Of a stretch of DNA of 64,000 bases, positions 13,901 to 28,900 are shown one piece after another. How positions within the stretch are numbered: position 1 is the stretch's first letter; every line of letters begins with the position of its first letter. The translations under genes were made by a program, and so were the position numbers. The stretch comes from the human T2T-CHM13v2.0 reference genome, Homo sapiens, in assembly GCF_009914755.1 (NCBI RefSeq), contig NC_060937.1; one strand, 5' to 3'. The notes beneath the pieces are model-generated. The model worked only from the letters and a program-made list of their open reading frames with translations. It was not told where the DNA came from and searched no databases.

Positions 13901-16900
13901 AAATATCAAACTACCCAAAGCATATATTATATGCTGTACATAAAATATGAAAGTACATGAAATATATATTTTATTCTCTCCATAAAATATCAAAGTACAC
14001 CAAATATATATTCTATACTGTACATAAAATATCAAGGTACCCAAACTATACATTACATACTGTACATAAAATATGAAATTACATCAAATATATATTATAT
14101 TAGGTACATAAAATATGAAAGTACATCAAATATAGATTCTATACTGTACATAAAATATCAAAGTACCCAAATATATATCATATACTGTACATGAAATATC
14201 AAAGTACACAAACTATATATTATATACTGTACATAAAATATCAAAGTACCCAAACTATACATTATATACTGTACATAAAATATGAAATTACATCAAATAT
14301 ATATTATATTAGGTATGTAAAATATGAAAATACATCAAATATAGATTATATACTGTACATAAAATAGCAAAGTACCCCAAATATATATTTTATACTCTAC
14401 ATGAAATATCAAAGTTCTCAAACTATATATTATATACTGCACATGAAATATCAAAGTACCCAAGGTATATATTCCATACTGTACAAAAAATATCAAAGTA
14501 CCCAAAGCATATATTATATGCTGTACATAAAATATGAAAGTACATCAAATATATATGTTATTCTGTACATAAAATATCAAAGTACAGCAAATATATATTC
14601 TATAATGTACATAAAATATCAATGTACCCAAACTATACATTACATACTGTACATAAAATATGAAATTACATCAAATATATATTATATTAGGTACATAAAA
14701 TATGAAAGTACATCAAATATAGTTTCTATACTGTACATAAAATATCAAAGTACCCAAATATATATCATATACTGTACATGAAATATCAAAGTTCACAAAC
14801 TATATATTATATACTGTACATAAAATATCAAAGTACCCAAACTATACATTATATACTGTACTTAAAATATGAAATTACATCAAATATATATTTTATTAGG
14901 TACGTAAAATATGAAAGTACATCAAATATAGATTATATACTGTACATAAAATACCAAAGTACCCCAAATATATATTTTATACTGTACATGAAATATCAAA
15001 GTTTTCAAACTATATATTATATACTGCACATAAAATATCAAAGTACCCAAGGTAAATATTCCATACTGTACAAAAAATATCGAAGTACCCAAAGCATATA
15101 TTATATGCTGTACATAAAATATGAAAGTACATGAAATATATATTTTATTCTCTACATAAAATATCAAAGTACACCAAATATATATTCTATACTGTACATA
15201 AAATATCAAGGTACCCAAACTATACATTACATACTGTACATAAAATATGAAATTACATCAAATATATATTATATTAGGTACATAAAATATGAAAGTACAT
15301 CAAATATAGATTCTATTCTGTACATAAAATATCAAAGTACCCAAAAATATATCAGATACTGTACATGAAATATCAAAGTTCACAAACTATATATTATATA
15401 CTGTACATAAAATATCAAAGTACCCAAACTATACATTATATACTGTACATAAAAGATGAAATTACATCAAATATATATTATATTAGGTATGTAAAATATG
15501 AAAGTACATCAAATATAGATTATATACTGTACATAATATACCAAAGTACCCCAAATATATATTTTATACTGTACATGAAATATCAAAGTTCTCAAACTAT
15601 ATATTATATACTGCACATAAAATATCAAAGTACCCAAGGTATATATTCCATACTGTACAAAAAATATCAAAGTACCCAAAGCATATATTATATGCTGTAC
15701 ATAAAATGTGAATGTACATCAAATATATATTTTATTCTGTACATAAAATATCAAAGTACACCAAATATATATTCTATACTGTACATAAAATATAAAGGTA
15801 CCCAAACTATACATTATATACTGTACATAAAATATGAAATTACATCAAATATATATTATATTAGGTACATAAAATATGAAAGTACATCAAATATAGATTA
15901 TATACTGTACATAAAATATCAAAGTACCCAAATATATATCATATACTGTACATGAAATATCAAAGTTCACAAACTATATATTATATACTGTACATAAAAT
16001 ATCAAAGTACCCAAACTATACATTATATACTGTACATAAAATATGAAATTACATCAAACATATATTATATTAGGTATGTAAAATATGAAAGTACATCAAG
16101 TATAGATTATATACTGTACATAAAATACCAAAGTACCCCAAATATATATTTTATACTGTACATGAAATATCAAAGTTCTCAAACTATATATTATATACTG
16201 CACATAAAATATCAAAGTACCCAAGGTATATATTCCATACTGTACAAAAAATATCAAAGTACCCAAAGCATATATTATATGCTGTACATAAAATGTGAAA
16301 GTACATGAAATATATATTTTATTCTGTATATAAAATATCAAAGTACACCAAATATATATTCTATACTGTACATAAAATATCAAGGTACCCAAACTATACA
16401 TTACATACTGTACATAAAATATGAAATTACATCAAATATATATTATATTAGGTACATAAAATATGAAAGTACATCAAATATAGATTCTATACTGTACATA
16501 AAATATCAAAGTACCCAAATATATATCATATACTGTACATGAAATATCAAAGTTCACAAACTATATATTATATACTGTACATAAAATATCAAAGTACCCA
16601 AACTATACATTATATACTGTACATAAAATATGAAATTACATCAAATATATATTATATTAGGTATGTAAAATATGAAAGTACATCAAATATAGATTATATA
16701 CTGTACATAAAATACCAAAGTACCCCAAATATATATTTTATACTGTACATGAAATATCAAAGTTCTCAACCTATATATTATATACTGCACATAAAATATC
16801 AAAGTACCCAAGGTATATATTCCATACTGTACAAAAAATATCAAAGTACCCAAAGCATATATTATATGCTGTACATAAAATATGAAAGTACATCAAATAT

Positions 16901-19900
16901 ATATTTTATTCTGTACATAAAATATCAAAGTACACCAAATATATATTCTATACTGTACATAAAATATCAAGGTACCCAAACTATACATTACATACTGTAC
17001 ATAAAATATGAAATTACATCAAATATGTATTATATTAGGTACATAAAATATGAAAGTACATCAAATATAGATTATATACTGTACATAAAATATCAAAGTA
17101 CCCAAATATATATCATATACAGTACATGAAATATCAAAGTTCACAAACTATATATTATATACTGTACATAAAATATCAAAGTATCCAAACTATACATTAT
17201 ATACTGTACATAAAAGATGAAATTACATCAAATATATATTATATTAGGTATGTAAAATATGAAAGTACATCAAATATAGATTGTATACTGTACATAAAAT
17301 ACCAACGTACCCCAAATATATATTTTATACTGTACATGAAATATCAAACTTCTCAAACTATATATTATATACTGCACATAAAATATCAAAGTACCCAAGC
17401 TATATATTCCATACTGTACAAAAAATATCAAAGTACCCAAAGCATATATTATATGCTGTACATAAAATATGAAAGTACATGAAATATATATTTTATTCTG
17501 TATATAAAATATCAAAGTACACCAAATATATATTCTATACTGTACATAAAATATCAAGGTACCCAAACTATACATTACATACTGTACATAAAATATGAAA
17601 TTACATCAAATATATATTATATTAGGTACATAAAATATGAAAGTACATCAAATATAGATTCTATACTGTACATAAAATATCAAAGTACCCAAATATATAT
17701 CATATACTGTACATGAAATATCAAAGTTCACAAACTATATATTATATACTGTACATAAAATATCAAAGTACCCAAACTATACATCATATACTGTACATAA
17801 AATATGAAATTACATCAAATATATATTATATTAGGTATGTAAAATATGAAAGTACATCAAATATAGATTATATACTGTACATAAAATACCAAAGTACCGC
17901 AAATATATATTTTATTCTCTACATGAAATATCAAAGTTCTCAAACTATATATTATATACTGCACGTAAAATATCAAAGTACCCAAGGTATATATTCCATA
18001 CTGTACAAAAAATATCAAAGTACCCAAAGCATATATTATATGCTGTACATAAAATATGAAAGTACATCAAATATATATTTTATTCTGTACATAAAATATC
18101 AAAGTACACTAAATATATATTCTATACTGTACATAAAATATCAAGGTACCCAAACTATACATTATATACTGAACCTAGAATATGAAATTACATCAAATAT
18201 ACATTATATTAGGTACACAAAATATGAAAGCACATCAAATATAGATTATATACTGTACATAAAATATCAAAGTACCCAAATATATATCATATACTGTACA
18301 TGAAATATCAAAGTTTACAAACTATATATTATATACTGTACATAAAATATCAAAGTATCCTAACTATACATTATATACTGTACATAAAATATGAAATTAC
18401 ATCAAATATATATTATATTAGGTATGTAAAATATGAAAGTACATCAAATATAGATTATATACTGTATATAAAATACCAAAGTACCCCAAATATATATTTT
18501 ATACTGTAAATGAAATATCAAAGTTCTCAAACTATATATTATATACTGCACATAAAATATCAAAGTACCCAAGGTATATATTCCATACTGTACAAAAAAT
18601 ATCAAAGTACCCAAAGCATATATTATATGCTGTACATAAAATATGAAAGTACATCAAATATATATTTTATTCTCTACATAAAATATCAAAGTACACCAAA
18701 TATATATTCTATACTGTACATAAAATGTCAAGTTACCCAAACTATACATTATATACTGTACATAAAATATGAAATTACATCAAATATATATTATATTAGG
18801 TACATAAAATATGAAAGTACATCAAATATAGATTCTATACTGTACATAAAATATCAAAGTACCCAAATATATATCATATACTGTACATGAAATATCAAAG
18901 TTCACAAACTATATATTATATACTGTACATAAAATATCAAAGTACCCATACTATACATTACATACTGTACATAAAATATGAAATTACATCAAATATATAT
19001 TTTATTAGGTATGTAAAATATGAAAGTACATCAAATATAGATTATATACTGTACATAAAATACCAAAGTACCACAAATATATATTTTATACTGTACATGA
19101 AATATCAAAGTTCTCAAACTCTATATTATATACTGCACATAAAATATCAAAGTACCCAAGGTATATATTCCATATTGTACAAAAAATATCAAAGTACCCA
19201 AAGCATATATTACATGCTGTACATAAAATATGAAAGTACATGAAATATATATTTTATTCTATACATAAAATATCAAAGTACACCAAATATATATTCTATA
19301 CTGTACATAAAATATCAAGGTACCCAAACTATACATTATATACTGTACATAAAATATGAAATTACATCAAATATATATTATATTAGGTACATAAAATATG
19401 AAAGTACATCAAATATAGATTCTATACTGTACATCAAATATCAAAGTACCCAAATATATATCATATACTGTACATGAAATATCAAAGTTCACAAACTATA
19501 TATTATATACCGTACATAAAATATCAAAGTACCCAAACTATACATTATATTCTGTACTTAAAATATGAAATTACATCAAATATATTTTATTAGGTACGTA
19601 AAATATGAAAGTACGTCAAATATAGATTATATACTGTACACAAAATACCAAAGTACCCCAAATATATATTTTATACTGTACATGAAATATCAAAGTTCTC
19701 AAACTATATATTATATACTGCACATAAAATATCAAAGTACACAAGGTATATATTCCATACTGTACAAAAAATATCAAAGTACCCAAAGCATATATTATAT
19801 GCTGTACCTAAAATATGAAAATACATCAAATATATGTTTTATTCTGTAGATAAAATATCAAAGTACACCAAATATATATTCTATACTGTACATAAAATAT

Positions 19901-22900
19901 CAAGGTACCCAAACTATACATTATATACTGTACATAAAATATGAAATTACATCAAATATATATTATATTAGGTACATAAAATATGAAAGTACATCAAATA
20001 TAGATTATATACTGTACATAAAATATCAAAGTACCCAAATATATATCATATACTGTACATGAAATATCAAAGTTCACAAACTATATATTATATACTGTAC
20101 ATAAAATATCAAAGTACCCAAACTATACATTATATACTGTACATAAAATATGAAATTACATCAAATATATATTATATTAGGTATGTAAAATATGAAAGTA
20201 CATCAAATATAGATTATATACTGTACATAAAATACCAAAGTACCCCAAATATATATTTAATACTGTACATGAAATATCAAAGTTCTCAAACTATATATTA
20301 TATACTGCACATAAAATATCAAAGTACCCAAGGTATATATTCCATACTGTACAAAAAATATCAAAGTACCCAAAGCATATATTATATGCTGTACATAAAA
20401 TATGAAAGTACATCAAATATATATTTTATTCTGTACATAAAATATCAAAGTACACCAAATATATATTCTATACTTTACATAAAATATCAAGGTACCCAAA
20501 CTATACATTATATACTGTACATAAAATATGAAATTACATCAAATATATATTATATTAGGTACATAAAATATGAAAGTACATCAAATATAGATTATATACT
20601 GTACATAAAATATCAAACTACCCAAATATATATCATATACTGTACATGAAATATCAAGGTACCCAAACTATACATTATATACTGTACATAAAATATGAAA
20701 TTACATCAAATATATATTAGATTAGGTATATAAAATATGAAATTACATCAAATATATATTATATTAGGTATGTAAAATATGAAAGTAAATCAAATATAGA
20801 TTATATACTGTACATAAAATACCAAAGTACCCCAAATATATATTTTATACTGTACATGAAATATCAAAGTTCTCAACCTATATATTATATACTGCACATA
20901 AAATATCAAAGTACCCAAGGTATATATTCCATACTGTACAAAAAATATCAAAGTACCCAAAGCATATATTATATGCTGTACATAAAATATGAAAGTACAT
21001 CAAATATATATTTTATTCTGTACATAAAATATCAAAGTACACCAAATATATATTCTATACTGTACATAAAATATCAAGGTACCCAAACTATACATTACAT
21101 ACTGTACATAAAATATGAAATTACATCAAATATGTATTATATTAGGTACATAAAATATGAAAGTACATCAAATATAGATTATATACTGTACATAAAATAT
21201 CAAAGTACCCAAATATATATCATATACAGTACATGAAATATCAAAGTTCACAAACTATATATTATATACTGTACATAAAATATCAAAGTATCCAAACTAT
21301 ACATTATATACTGTACATAAAAGATGAAATTACATCAAATATATATTATATTAGGTATGTAAAATATGAAAGTACATCAAATATAGATTGTATACTGTAC
21401 ATAAAATACCAACGTACCCCAAATATATATTTTATACTGTACATGAAATATCAAACTTCTCAAACTATATATTATATACTGCACATAAAATATCAAAGTA
21501 CCCAAGCTATATATTCCATACTGTACAAAAAATATCAAAGTACCCAAAGCATATATTATATGCTGTACATAAAATATGAAAGTACATGAAATATATATTT
21601 TATTCTGTATATAAAATATCAAAGTACACCAAATATATATTCTATACTGTACATAAAATATCAAGGTACCCAAACTATACATTACATACTGTACATAAAA
21701 TATGAAATTACATCAAATATATATTATATTAGGTACATAAAATATGAAAGTACATCAAATATAGATTCTATACTGTACATAAAATATCAAAGTACCCAAA
21801 TATATATCATATACTGTACATGAAATATCAAAGTTCACAAACTATATATTATATACTGTACATAAAATATCAAAGTACCCAAACTATACATCATATACTG
21901 TACATAAAATATGAAATTACATCAAATATATATTATATTAGGTATGTAAAATATGAAAGTACATCAAATATAGATTATATACTGTACATAAAATACCAAA
22001 GTACCGCAAATATATATTTTATTCTCTACATGAAATATCAAAGTTCTCAAACTATATATTATATACTGCACGTAAAATATCAAAGTACCCAAGGTATATA
22101 TTCCATACTGTACAAAAAATATCAAAGTACCCAAAGCATATATTATATGCTGTACATAAAATATGAAAGTACATCAAATATATATTTTATTCTGTACATA
22201 AAATATCAAAGTACACTAAATATATATTCTATACTGTACATAAAATATCAAGGTACCCAAACTATACATTATATACTGAACCTAGAATATGAAATTACAT
22301 CAAATATACATTATATTAGGTACACAAAATATGAAAGCACATCAAATATAGATTATATACTGTACATAAAATATCAAAGTACCCAAATATATATCATATA
22401 CTGTACATGAAATATCAAAGTTTACAAACTATATATTATATACTGTACATAAAATATCAAAGTATCCTAACTATACATTATATACTGTACATAAAATATG
22501 AAATTACATCAAATATATATTATATTAGGTATGTAAAATATGAAAGTACATCAAATATAGATTATATACTGTATATAAAATACCAAAGTACCCCAAATAT
22601 ATATTTTATACTGTAAATGAAATATCAAAGTTCTCAAACTATATATTATATACTGCACATAAAATATCAAAGTACCCAAGGTATATATTCCATACTGTAC
22701 AAAAAATATCAAAGTACCCAAAGCATATATTATATGCTGTACATAAAATATGAAAGTACATCAAATATATATTTTATTCTCTACATAAAATATCAAAGTA
22801 CACCAAATATATATTCTATACTGTACATAAAATGTCAAGTTACCCAAACTATACATTATATACTGTACATAAAATATGAAATTACATCAAATATATATTA

Positions 22901-25900
22901 TATTAGGTACATAAAATATGAAAGTACATCAAATATAGATTCTATACTGTACATAAAATATCAAAGTACCCAAATATATATCATATACTGTACATGAAAT
23001 ATCAAAGTTCACAAACTATATATTATATACTGTACATAAAATATCAAAGTACCCATACTATACATTACATACTGTACATAAAATATGAAATTACATCAAA
23101 TATATATTTTATTAGGTATGTAAAATATGAAAGTACATCAAATATAGATTATATACTGTACATAAAATACCAAAGTACCACAAATATATATTTTATACTG
23201 TACATGAAATATCAAAGTTCTCAAACTCTATATTATATACTGCACATAAAATATCAAAGTACCCAAGGTATATATTCCATATTGTACAAAAAATATCAAA
23301 GTACCCAAAGCATATATTACATGCTGTACATAAAATATGAAAGTACATGAAATATATATTTTATTCTATACATAAAATATCAAAGTACACCAAATATATA
23401 TTCTATACTGTACATAAAATATCAAGGTACCCAAACTATACATTATATACTGTACATAAAATATGAAATTACATCAAATATATATTATATTAGGTACATA
23501 AAATATGAAAGTACATCAAATATAGATTCTATACTGTACATCAAATATCAAAGTACCCAAATATATATCATATACTGTACATGAAATATCAAAGTTCACA
23601 AACTATATATTATATACCGTACATAAAATATCAAAGTACCCAAACTATACATTATATTCTGTACTTAAAATATGAAATTACATCAAATATATTTTATTAG
23701 GTACGTAAAATATGAAAGTACGTCAAATATAGATTATATACTGTACACAAAATACCAAAGTACCCCAAATATATATTTTATACTGTACATGAAATATCAA
23801 AGTTCTCAAACTATATATTATATACTGCACATAAAATATCAAAGTACACAAGGTATATATTCCATACTGTACAAAAAATATCAAAGTACCCAAAGCATAT
23901 ATTATATGCTGTACCTAAAATATGAAAATACATCAAATATATGTTTTATTCTGTAGATAAAATATCAAAGTACACCAAATATATATTCTATACTGTACAT
24001 AAAATATCAAGGTACCCAAACTATACATTATATACTGTACATAAAATATGAAATTACATCAAATATATATTATATTAGGTACATAAAATATGAAAGTACA
24101 TCAAATATAGATTATATACTGTACATAAAATATCAAAGTACCCAAATATATATCATATACTGTACATGAAATATCAAAGTTCACAAACTATATATTATAT
24201 ACTGTACATAAAATATCAAAGTACCCAAACTATACATTATATACTGTACATAAAATATGAAATTACATCAAATATATATTATATTAGGTATGTAAAATAT
24301 GAAAGTACATCAAATATAGATTATATACTGTACATAAAATACCAAAGTACCCCAAATATATATTTAATACTGTACATGAAATATCAAAGTTCTCAAACTA
24401 TATATTATATACTGCACATAAAATATCAAAGTACCCAAGGTATATATTCCATACTGTACAAAAAATATCAAAGTACCCAAAGCATATATTATATGCTGTA
24501 CATAAAATATGAAAGTACATCAAATATATATTTTATTCTGTACATAAAATATCAAAGTACACCAAATATATATTCTATACTTTACATAAAATATCAAGGT
24601 ACCCAAACTATACATTATATACTGTACATAAAATATGAAATTACATCAAATATATATTATATTAGGTACATAAAATATGAAAGTACATCAAATATAGATT
24701 ATATACTGTACATAAAATATCAAACTACCCAAATATATATCATATACTGTACATGAAATATCAAGGTACCCAAACTATACATTATATACTGTACATAAAA
24801 TATGAAATTACATCAAATATATATTAGATTAGGTATATAAAATATGAAATTACATCAAATATATATTATATTAGGTATGTAAAATATGAAAGTAAATCAA
24901 ATATAGATTATATACTGTACATAAAATACCAAAGTACCCCAAATATATATTTTATACTGTACATGAAATATCAAAGTTCTCAAACTATATATTATATACT
25001 GCAAATAAAATATAAAAGTACCCAAGGTATATATTCCATACTGTACAAAAAATATCAAAGTACCCAAAGCATATATTATATGCTGTACAGAAAATATGAA
25101 AGTACATCAAATATATATTTTACTCTGTACATAAAATATCAAAGTACACCAAATATATATTCTATACTGTACATAAAATATCAAGGTACCCAAACTATAC
25201 ATTATATACTGTACATAAAATATGAAATTACATCAAATATATATTATATTAGGTACATAAAATATGAAAGTACATCAAATATAGATTATATACTGTACAT
25301 AAAATATCAAAGTACCCAAATATATATCATATACTGTACATGAAATATCAAAGTTCACAAACTATATATTATATACTGTACATAAAATATCAAAGTACCC
25401 AAACTATACATTATATACTGTACATAAAATATGAAATTACATCAAATATATATTTTATTAGGTATGTAAAATATGAAAGTACATCAAATATAGATTATAT
25501 ACTGTACATAAAATACCAAAGTACCCCAAAAATATATTTTATACTGTACATGAAATATCAAAGTTCTCAAACTATATATTATATACTGCACATAAAATAT
25601 CAAAGTACCCAAGCTATATATTCCATACTGTACAAAAAATATCAAAGTACCCAAAGCATATATTATATGCTGTACATAAAATATGAAAGGACATCAAATA
25701 TATATTTTATTCTGTACATAAAATATCAAAGTGCACCAAATATATATTCTATACTGTACATAAAATATCAAGGTACCAAAACTATACATTATATACTGTA
25801 CATAAAATATGAAATTACATCAAATATATATTATATTAGGTACATAAAATATGAAAGTACATCAAATATAGATTATATACTGTACATAAAATATCAAAGT

Positions 25901-28900
25901 ACCCAAATATATATCATATACTGTACATGAAATATCAAAGTTCACAAACTATATATTATATACTGTACATAAAATATCAAAGTACCCAAAGTATACATTA
26001 TATACTGTACATAAAATATGAAATTACATCAAATATATATTATATTAGGTATGTAAAATATGAAAGTACATCAAATATAGATTATATACTGTACATAAAA
26101 TACGAAAGAACCCCAAATATATATTTTATACTGTACATGAAATATCAAAGTTCTCAAAATTTATATTATATACTGCACATAAAATATCAAAGTACCCAAG
26201 GTATATATTCCATACTGTACAAAAAATATCAAAGTACCCAAAGCATATATTATATGCTGTACATAAAATATGAAAGTACATCAAATATATATTTTATTCT
26301 GTACATAAAATATCAAAGTACACCAAATAAATATTCTAAACTGCACATAAAATATAAAAGTACCCAAACTATACATTATATACTGTACATAAAATATGAA
26401 ATTACATCAAATATATATTATATTAGGTACATAAAATATGAAAGTACATCAAATATAGATTATACACTGTACATAAAATATCAAAGTACCCAAATATATA
26501 TCATATACTGTACATGAAATATCAAAGTTCACAAACTATATATTATATACTGTACATAAAATATCAAAGTACCCAAACTATACATTACATACGGTACATA
26601 AAATATGAAATTACATCAAATATATATTTTATTAGGTATGTAAAATATGAAAGTACATCAAATATAGATTATATACTGTACATAAAATACCAAAGTACCA
26701 CAAATATATATTTTATACTGTACATGAAATATCAAAGTTCTCAAACTCTATATTATATACTGCACATAAAATATCAAAGTACCCAAGGTATATATTCCAT
26801 ACTGTACAAAAAATATCAAAGTACCCAAAGCATATATTATATGCTGTACATAAAATATGAAAGTACATGAAATATATATTTTATTCTATACATAAAATAT
26901 CAAAGTACACCAAATATATATTCTATACTGTACATAAAATATCAAGGTACCCAAACTATACATTATATACTGTACATAAAATATGAAATTACATCAAATA
27001 TATATTATATTAGGTACATAAAATATGAAAGTACATCAAATATAGATTCTATACTGTACATAAAATATCAAAGTACCCAAATATATATCATATACTGTAC
27101 ATGAAATATCAAAGTTCACAAACTATATATTATATACCGTACATAAAATATCAAAGTACCCAAACTATACATTATATTCTGTACTTAAAATATGAAATTA
27201 CATCAAATATATTTTATTAGGTACGTAAAATATGAAAGTACATCAAATATAGATTATATACTGTACACAAAATACCAAAGTACCCCAAATATATATTTTA
27301 TACTGTACATGAAATATCAAAGTTCTCAAACTATATATTACATACTGCCCATAAAATACCAAAGTACCCAAGGTATATATTCCATACTGTACAAAAAATA
27401 TCAAAGTACCCAAAGCATATATTATATGCTGTACCTAAAATATGAAAATACATCAAATATATGTTTTATTCTGTAGATAAAATATCAAAGTACACCAAAT
27501 ATATATTCTATACTGTACATAAAATATCAAGGTACCCAAACTATACATTATATACTGTACATAAAATATGAAATTACATCAAATATATATTATATTAGGT
27601 ACATAAAATATGAAAGTACATCAAATATAGATTATATACTGTACATAAAATATCAAAGTACCCAAATATATATCATATACTGTACATGAAATATCAAAGT
27701 TCACAAACTATATATTATATACTGTACATAAAATATCAAAGTACCCAAACTATACATTATATACTGTACATAAAATATGAAATTACATCAAATATATATT
27801 ATATTAGGTATGTAAAATATGAAAGTACATCAAATATAGATTATATACTGTACATAAAATACCAAAGTACCCCAAATATATATTTAATACTGTACATGAA
27901 ATATCAAAGTTCTCAAACTATATATTATATACTGCACATAAAATATCAAAGTACCCAAGGTATATATTCCATACTGTACAAAAAATATCAAAGCACCCAA
28001 AGCATATATTATATGCTGTACATAAAATATGAAAGTACATCAAATATATATTTTATTCTGTACATAAAATATCAAAGTACACCAAATATATATTCTATAC
28101 TTTACATAAAATATCAAGGTACCCAAACTATACATTATATACTGTACATAAAATATGAAATTACATCAAATATATATTATATTAGGTACATAAAATATGA
28201 AAGTACATCAAATATAGATTATATACTGTACATAAAATATCAAACTACCCAAATATATATCATATACTGTACATGAAATATCAAGGTACCCAAACTGTAC
28301 ATTATATACTGTACATAAAATATGAAATTACATCAAATATATATTAGATTAGGTATATAAAATATGAAATTACATCAAATATATATTATATTAGGTATGT
28401 AAAATATGAAAGTAAATCAAATATAGATTATATACTGTACATAAAATACCAAAGTACCCCAAATATATATTTTATACTGTACATGAAATATCAAAGTTCT
28501 CAAACTATATATTATATACTGCAAATAAAATATCAAAGTACCCAAGGTATATATTCCATACTGTACAAAAAATATCAAAGTACCCAAAGCATGTATTATA
28601 TGCTGTACAGAAAATATGAAAGTACATCAAATATATATTTTACTCTGTACATAAAATATCAAAGTACACCAAATATATATTCTATAATGTACATAAAATA
28701 TCAAGGTACCCAAACTATACATTATATACTGTACATAAAATATGAAATTACATCAAATATATATTATATTAGGTACATAAAATATGAAAGTACATCAAAT
28801 ATAGATTATATACTGTACATAAAATATCAAAGTACCCTAATATATATCATATACTGTACATGAAATATCAAAGTTCACAAACTATATATTATATACTGTA

